Shown: piece by piece, positions 27,749-32,000 of the stretch
How the letters are laid out: each line of letters begins with the position of its first letter
Numbering within the stretch: position 1 is the first letter of the stretch
NCBI GenBank assembly: GCA_036677685.1
Contig: JAVBWA010000012.1
Location: forward strand, 201,601 to 233,600
Source: Syntrophomonas sp.
GTDB lineage: Bacteria > Bacillota > Syntrophomonadia > Syntrophomonadales > Syntrophomonadaceae
Direction: 5' to 3'
DNA: 32,000 bases
The notes under the pieces: generated by a model
What the model was told of the DNA's origin: nothing
What the model saw: the letters and a program-made list of their open reading frames with translations, nothing else
The model's database searches: none
Translations under genes and position numbers: made by a program

Positions 27749-28004
27749 TGGCTTTATCCAGAGCAACCTTAACTGCCCCTTCAATTACCCTCCTGCTCAA
27801 TTCATCAAAACGTTCTTTTTCATTAATAATCAAAGTTCCCCGGTTAACCGGCCCATATTTCGGCAGATAATCAAAATCCTTGCCCATGTAGTATATTTTC
27901 AAGTCTATTTGTTCGGGATGTCTAACGGCTAAATCCCTTAAAACATCTCCATACCCGTCACAACAAGAGCAAGTATTAATGAATTCCACCTTGACCTTTT
28001 CCAC
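27741..28004 (-). CDS. Small thioredoxin-fold protein (redox-active-disulfide-protein-2-like) with CSCC motif
   Basis: VEKVKVEFINTCSCCDGYGDVLRDLAVRHPEQIDLKIYYMG...GPVNRGTLIINEK. Its size, its beta-alpha-beta start with Cys directly after strand 1, and its pairing with an ArsP-type permease are typical of that family. GTG start with GAGGGAGAG upstream. Confidence 0.75.
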   Translation of the reverse strand: MEKVKVEFINTCSCCDGYGDVLRDLAVRHPEQIDLKIYYMGKDFDYLPKYGPVNRGTLIINEKERFDELSRRVIEGAVKVALDKAND

Positions 28005-28070
28005 TCTCTTCTCTCCCTCTTTCTTATTTATTTCTATACTTAATATTACTTTTTTTTATCTATTATTTAA

Positions 28071-28100
28071 ATTATAATCGAATTATGTAAATAGCGTCAA
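28071..28100 (-). promoter_or_regulatory. Candidate promoter of the eight-gene operon (TTGACG-18-TATAAT)
   Basis: Minus strand: TTGACG (28100-28095), an 18-nt spacer, TATAAT (28076-28071). This is about 65 nt upstream of the GTG at 28004. Confidence 0.45.
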
Positions 28101-28111
28101 TTGATTAACGT

Positions 28112-28134
28112 AATCGATATTATAGATATCGATT
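28112..28134. promoter_or_regulatory. Perfect 9-5-9 palindrome AATCGATAT-tatag-ATATCGATT in the divergent control region
   Basis: Read directly. It lies 12 bp upstream of the minus-strand -35. Its right arm overlaps a plus-strand -35 candidate (TTGATT 28133-28138, 16-nt spacer, TATAAT 28155-28160). Confidence 0.5.
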
Positions 28135-28324
28135 GATTTATATGTAATTCATATTATAATATTATTTAATATTTTTTCTTTTACGCTGTATGGCATTTAG
28201 ATCCTGTTCGCCGATTAAAAGACGGGCGCTGATTGAAATAAACTAAATCGGGGCAAAGTAAACTAATCAATAATTATGGGCAATATATGTTTAAAATCAT
28301 TTTGAAAGGTGATGATCCGGAATT

Positions 28325-28546
28325 ATGCGTGAAAAAGTTGAAGCTGTACTTGGTAACATTCGTCCGGCACTGCAGCGTGATGGTGGTGATGTGGAACTGG
28401 TTGAGGTCAATGATCAGGGAGTTGTTAAAGTTCGTTTGAAAGGAGCCTGCGGCGGCTGTCCAATGGCCTCAATGACTCTTAAAAACGGTATTGAAAGAGT
28501 TCTTAGAGAATCGATTCCAGAGATTAAGGAAGTTGTATCCGTTTAA
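28325..28546 (+). CDS. nfu: NifU C-terminal-domain (Nfu-type) Fe-S carrier protein
   Basis: MREKVEAVLGNIRPALQRDGGDVELVEV...VKVRLKGACGGCPMASMTLKNGIERVL is a canonical Nfu domain with CxxC. Confidence 0.9.
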   Translation: MREKVEAVLGNIRPALQRDGGDVELVEVNDQGVVKVRLKGACGGCPMASMTLKNGIERVLRESIPEIKEVVSV

Positions 28547-28633
28547 TTTAACAATATGGGACTATAAATAAGCTGGTTAAAAATATGAGTCACAAAATTA
28601 GAGCTAGCGGGACCTCCGCCAAGCATTACAAGC

Positions 28634-29092
28634 TCAAGTCTTTGTTCCGCTGCGAATGTCTCCCCCTGAGGATTGGATTTTTATTTCCGGCTCCATAAGA
28701 ACTTCGCTTTTTATAGATTGAGCTATAGTGGAATACTCAAAGGCCAACTGCAGCGCTCTTTTTACAAGCGTCTCAGACCCGCCCCTTACTGTAATTTTCG
28801 GCTTGAGCACAATCTTTTTAAACCATGAAGTTTTATCTAAAAACTCTTCTACATTGCCTTCAATCGTACATTGGTAACTTAGCAGTTCCAATTTAAAACG
28901 CTCTGCTGCCCAGATGACCATCATGTGAACACAGGTGTTGACTGCCATCATGAAGGCATCCTCCGGGGTCATCATCTGGGAATAGCCAAAAAGACTTGGA
29001 GGGGCTGAAAATTCCATGTCAATACCATTTTCGCAAAAACTATGCCCGAGGTGCCCGCCCTTCCAAATCACATTATTGGTATAGGTAGACAT
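28634..29092 (-). CDS. OsmC/Ohr-fold protein
   Basis: MTPEDAFMMAVNTCVHMMVIWAAERFKLEL...YQCTIEGNVE matches the OsmC core helix/strand pattern. The usual second catalytic Cys near the C-terminus (CPVS-like) is replaced by YSTIAQSI. Confidence 0.7.
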   Translation of the reverse strand: MSTYTNNVIWKGGHLGHSFCENGIDMEFSAPPSLFGYSQMMTPEDAFMMAVNTCVHMMVIWAAERFKLELLSYQCTIEGNVEEFLDKTSWFKKIVLKPKITVRGGSETLVKRALQLAFEYSTIAQSIKSEVLMEPEIKIQSSGGDIRSGTKT

Positions 29093-29140
29093 ATTTAATA
29101 CCCCCCGTTCTGTAATTTATCCACTTTACTCCAGCTAAAC

Positions 29141-29359
29141 TCAAACCTTCTTCCTCCTGAGCCCAAGTTTACCCCAAGTAATAAAAGCAGGACTTATCAA
29201 CTCTGAAAGTAAACTTGTCATGTGCATATTCCAGATAATCTTGTCCGATAAAACTACCCCCTTAACCGAAATGTTTTGAATGGCGCCATTCCCGTTTTCA
29301 GCCAGGTGTTTCGAATAGATCCCATTGAACCCTTTGGAAAATATTGTTAGTATAAACAT
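29141..29359 (-). CDS. Hypothetical 72-aa ORF upstream of the OsmC-like gene
   Basis: An ORF only, with no recognisable family and no clear RBS. It may be non-coding or a remnant. Confidence 0.2.
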   Translation of the reverse strand: MFILTIFSKGFNGIYSKHLAENGNGAIQNISVKGVVLSDKIIWNMHMTSLLSELISPAFITWGKLGLRRKKV

Positions 29360-29400
29360 ATTATTATATATATCATTTTAAATCAAGGCAGGTGGAAAAG

Positions 29401-29559
29401 ATGATTGAAAAACTGCGGGTATTATGAAAGCTCCAGAAGAGCCGACCCGGCTGAAAATTGTCAATGCAGGGACTTTGTATTTATGAACTCGCTATTCTTA
29501 ATATACAAATCTCCAGTTATGTGTATTTATTAGTTGTGAACAAACTGCTTTATTTTTAA
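29401..29559 (+). pseudogene. Decayed ArsR/SmtB-family regulator remnant
   Basis: RBS AGGTGGA precedes the ATG at 29401 (MIEKLRVL*). The next frame gives KAPEEPTRLKIVNAG (ArsR: KALaDPtRLkILn.L). After another shift comes GLCIYELAILNIQISSYVYLL (ArsR: ELCVCELA..LgxSQSxVSHHLkxL). There are at least one frameshift and premature stops. The 3' half is replaced by the TetR-controlled promoter. Confidence 0.45.
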
Positions 29560-29578
29560 GTTTGGCTTAATTCATATC

Positions 29579-29636
29579 TTGACAATATGACCGGGTAGTC
29601 ATATGATGTTCTTATAATATGACTACCCGGTCATAT
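29579..29636 (+). promoter_or_regulatory. Promoter TTGACA-17-TATGAT with two perfect 20-bp operators (likely TetR sites)
   Basis: TTGACA at 29579-29584. Operator 1, ATATGACCGGGTAGTCATAT (29585-29604), fills the spacer and overlaps the -10 TATGAT (29602-29607). Operator 2, ATATGACTACCCGGTCATAT (29617-29636), is its exact reverse complement just downstream. Each site has an internal 7-bp dyad, ATATGAC/GTCATAT. Confidence 0.65.
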
Positions 29637-29700
29637 CCATATTGGAGATTTCACGTTTGTATTTGCGCGAACGAGGAATTAAAAACAATAGGAGGAGAGT

Positions 29701-29820
29701 ATGCTCAAGGGAAGATCCCACGTTAGCAGTCAGAATGATCATGCCTTGAAAGCATACGCACTTTGCTTATACGGTAGTCAAATAATTTTAATTGGGAGGT
29801 ATACCTATGAAAATAAATAA
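29701..29820 (+). CDS. Possible 39-aa upstream ORF in the methyltransferase leader
   Basis: ATG at 29701 with GGAGG 5 nt upstream. Translation MLKGRSHVSSQNDHALKAYALCLYGSQIILIGRYTYENK*. It overlaps the methyltransferase start by 14 nt in another frame. No family recognised. Confidence 0.25.
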   Translation: MLKGRSHVSSQNDHALKAYALCLYGSQIILIGRYTYENK

Positions 29821-30802
29821 AGCGAGTTTTTCCGCCTTGATAATAGCTCACTGCCGAGCCTATCATGCGGCACATGATGACCCCAAGATATTTGACGACT
29901 TTCTGTCCGGTCGTTTGATTACCGAAGAGGAACGCACGTACTTCGACAATTCGCTATATAGGTCTATAAAGGTACTTAAATATCTCGGCTCCGGAAAAGC
30001 TGTTCCCTCGATTATAAAGTTATTGCTGCCCCGGCGTGCTAAACTTGCTTTTAAGGCTATTCCCCCCGAAGAATTGAACCAAATCTCCGGCCTGGAATCG
30101 GGCGTGGATTGCTATATGCACGCTACCGGAGGACCTGCATTGACCATCAGCAGGAGCCGGTATACCGAAGACTGCCTGATGAAGGCAGTCGGGGAAGGAC
30201 TAAAGCAGTATGTGATATTGGGAGCGGGTATGGACACCTTTGCCTTCCGGCACCCGGAATTGATGGAGAAGCTCCGGGTATTTGAGGTGGACCAACCGGC
30301 TACTCAGGATCATAAGCGCCAGCGCCTCTCCGAACTGGGCTGGGAACCTCCCGGGCAGCTATATTTTGTTCCCGTAGATTTCACACGCCAGAGGCTTGAT
30401 GAAGAGCTTAAAAATTCACCGTATGATCCGAAAGCCTTGAGCTTCTTTAACTGGCTGGGGGTCACTTACTACCTGCCCCGTGAAACTGTATTGGATACCC
30501 TGCGCACAGTTGCAGGTATCGCCCCCAAAGGCAGTACGATTATTTTTGATTACCTGGATACCGATGTCTATGACCCTGCCAAAGCAGCTCCACGGGGACA
30601 GTGGTTATTGTTTTCCCTGGTAGGTGCGAAAGGGAAATGCGCGTTTGAACCCTCGAAGTTATCTGGCGAGCTTGCTGCTTTAGGGCTGCGCCTTAAGGAG
30701 AATCTAAGCCCCTCAGAGATAGAAAAACTATACTTCCGGGGACACCCGGGCAACTACCATGCCCAGGAACATGCCCATTTTGCCTGTGCGGTTGTGGAAT
30801 AG
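29807..30802 (+). CDS. Class I SAM-dependent methyltransferase (TIGR00027 / leucine-carboxyl-MTase-like O-methyltransferase family)
   Basis: SALIIAHCRAYHAAHDDPKIFDDFLS, SAM-binding YVILGAGMDTFAFR, VFEVDQPATQDHKRQRL, FNWLGVTYYL. I chose the ATG at 29807 (GGGAGG 7 nt upstream) over the TTG at 29792. Confidence 0.88.
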   Translation: MKINKASFSALIIAHCRAYHAAHDDPKIFDDFLSGRLITEEERTYFDNSLYRSIKVLKYLGSGKAVPSIIKLLLPRRAKLAFKAIPPEELNQISGLESGVDCYMHATGGPALTISRSRYTEDCLMKAVGEGLKQYVILGAGMDTFAFRHPELMEKLRVFEVDQPATQDHKRQRLSELGWEPPGQLYFVPVDFTRQRLDEELKNSPYDPKALSFFNWLGVTYYLPRETVLDTLRTVAGIAPKGSTIIFDYLDTDVYDPAKAAPRGQWLLFSLVGAKGKCAFEPSKLSGELAALGLRLKENLSPSEIEKLYFRGHPGNYHAQEHAHFACAVVE

Positions 30803-30828
30803 CATAGCAAGGTCAAGGAGGAAAAATT

Positions 30829-31416
30829 ATGCCTAAAGATACTTTCATTAATTTGAGCGAAGAGAAGAAGAAGCGAATATTTGACGCGGCTGTGAAGGAG
30901 TTTTCCACCCGGCGTTTTAGCGACGCATCCATCAACCAGATCGTCAAGAACGCAGGTATACCCAAGGGCAGTTTTTATCAATATTTTGCCGACAAAGAAG
31001 ATATCTATCTTTACATGCTAGAAGAAATCTCAAAGGATATACATGAAATTATTGAACCCATTAATCTAAATTCGGGCTTTTTTGAAACCGTTATGCAAAG
31101 AGCCAAAGGTACCATTAAAGCAGGCAAAACAAGACCGGAGTATGCCAAGATAGGCGCATTGACGGTGATTGACAACAGTGATTTTATATTGCAGCTCCTC
31201 AGAGCATCCAACGAAAAGTACATCGAAATAATTGAGCGGGATAAACGGCGCGGTCTTATCAAGCCGGAAATCGACTCCGCAGTGGTTATTAAAATGATTT
31301 ATATCTTCGTTTTTAATGAGTATTTATACAGCGGGTTCGATGAGACTCTCTATTTAAAGCAAGTGGAAAACGCAGTTCAAATAATCAAGCAAGGTATTGC
31401 CGTCCATCAGGATTAA
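30829..31416 (+). CDS. TetR/AcrR-family transcriptional regulator
   Basis: The N-terminal HTH is IFDAAVKEFSTRRFSDASINQIVKNAGIPKGSFYQYFADKEDIY. RBS AAGGAGGA before the ATG. Confidence 0.92.
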   Translation: MPKDTFINLSEEKKKRIFDAAVKEFSTRRFSDASINQIVKNAGIPKGSFYQYFADKEDIYLYMLEEISKDIHEIIEPINLNSGFFETVMQRAKGTIKAGKTRPEYAKIGALTVIDNSDFILQLLRASNEKYIEIIERDKRRGLIKPEIDSAVVIKMIYIFVFNEYLYSGFDETLYLKQVENAVQIIKQGIAVHQD

Positions 31417-31468
31417 TTGAACATGTTGATTCATGGGGGGAGACGTCAATTCTAAGGGGGGTTACAAA

Positions 31469-32000
31469 ATGGCCTCATATGTTCTCGGTTTTGAGGAGAT
31501 AGATAAAACCAGGCTCGCCATAGCCGGAGGCAAGGGCGCCAACCTGGGTGAGTTGTCCAGGATTGAAGGGATTAATGTACCAGCGGGCTTTTGCGTTACC
31601 ACCAAAGCCTACCAAAGAATAATAGAGGACAATCAAGAACTTAAACAGCTGCTTGATCACTTGTCTCTGCTTAGGCCAGGCGAACTGGAAAAGATCAGCC
31701 AAATCAGCGCTAAGCTCCGCAGGGTCATTGAAGAGACCCCTATCCCTAAAAAAATCGAAGAGCAAATCGCCTTATACATCACCTTGCTGGGCGAAAAGAA
31801 TGCCTATGCAGTGCGCTCCAGCGCCACCGCCGAGGATCTGCCTACCGCCTCATTCGCCGGTCAGCAGGACACGTATTTGAACATTATAGGAAAGGATGCC
31901 ATTCTCAAACATATCAGCAGGTGCTGGGCATCGCTGTTTACTGATCGTGCCGTAACCTACCGAATGCAAAACGGCTTCGACCACCGCAAGGTCTATTTAT
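31469..32000 (+). CDS. PEP-utilising enzyme, PpsA / rifampicin-phosphotransferase-like (N-terminal ATP-grasp part; 3' end beyond window)
   Basis: Absent from the track because there is no stop in the window. ATG at 31469 after GGGGGG. Translation MASYVLGFEEIDKTRLAIAGGKGANLGELSRIEGINVPAGFCVTTKAYQRII...YAVRSSATAEDLPTASFAGQQDTYLNI...CWASLFTDRAVTYR carries the family's N-terminal motifs. Confidence 0.85.
   Translation, partial: MASYVLGFEEIDKTRLAIAGGKGANLGELSRIEGINVPAGFCVTTKAYQRIIEDNQELKQLLDHLSLLRPGELEKISQISAKLRRVIEETPIPKKIEEQIALYITLLGEKNAYAVRSSATAEDLPTASFAGQQDTYLNIIGKDAILKHISRCWASLFTDRAVTYRMQNGFDHRKVYL

Noticed and set aside
22126-28004. Looked for in-frame TGA (selenocysteine) codons or TGA-terminated ORFs that could be extended in the Cys-pair operon.
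   Set aside because: All eight genes end in TAA or TAG, and every motif cysteine is TGT or TGC. There is no evidence of Sec decoding in this copy.

Overview
This window looks like a Gram-positive Clostridia-type chromosome segment. The SLH cell-surface genes, NifS/NifU-type Fe-S genes and roughly 45% GC suggest this, but the taxon is only a guess. Almost all genes from position 1 to 28 kb are on the minus strand.

There are four blocks:

(1) 1-11 kb, cell surface and signalling. It holds a partial secreted Gly/Asn-repeat protein, a 1478-aa SLH-anchored multidomain protein translationally coupled to a DUF2442 gene, a MalT-like STAND/LuxR regulator, and an AgrC-type kinase with a LytTR response regulator.

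(2) 11.8-21.8 kb, a dense sulfur-mobilisation supercluster: metY, nifS, nifU, nifS, rrf2, nadA, fdhD, metA, cysK and a MOSC gene. It is littered with short decayed gene remnants (Rh-type ammonium transporter, mnmA, a second cysK, a second rrf2). Its promoter regions share an IscR-like motif.

(3) 22.1-28.0 kb, the most interesting part. This is a tightly packed eight-gene minus-strand operon. It encodes a thioredoxin-fold protein with CSCC, an ArsP/DUF318-type permease, a lipoprotein ending in Cys-Cys-COOH, an NMT1/SsuA-type binding lipoprotein, a second membrane-anchored binding-protein paralog, an ABC permease, an ABC ATPase, and a DsrE-like protein. Vicinal Cys-Cys pairs recur in four of the proteins, and Cys-x-Cys or C-x2-C pairs in two more. 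I know of no experimental characterisation of this gene set. I recall similar sets being labelled a selenium-associated operon ('Sao') in protein-family curation, but cannot verify that here. The operon is divergent from an nfu gene across a palindrome-bearing control region.

(4) 28.6-32 kb. It holds an OsmC-like gene, a decayed ArsR remnant, a promoter with two perfect 20-bp operators driving a methyltransferase-TetR pair, and the 5' part of a PEP-utilising (PpsA/rifampicin-phosphotransferase-like) enzyme.

I saw no rRNA, tRNA, CRISPR array or recognisable IS/transposase.
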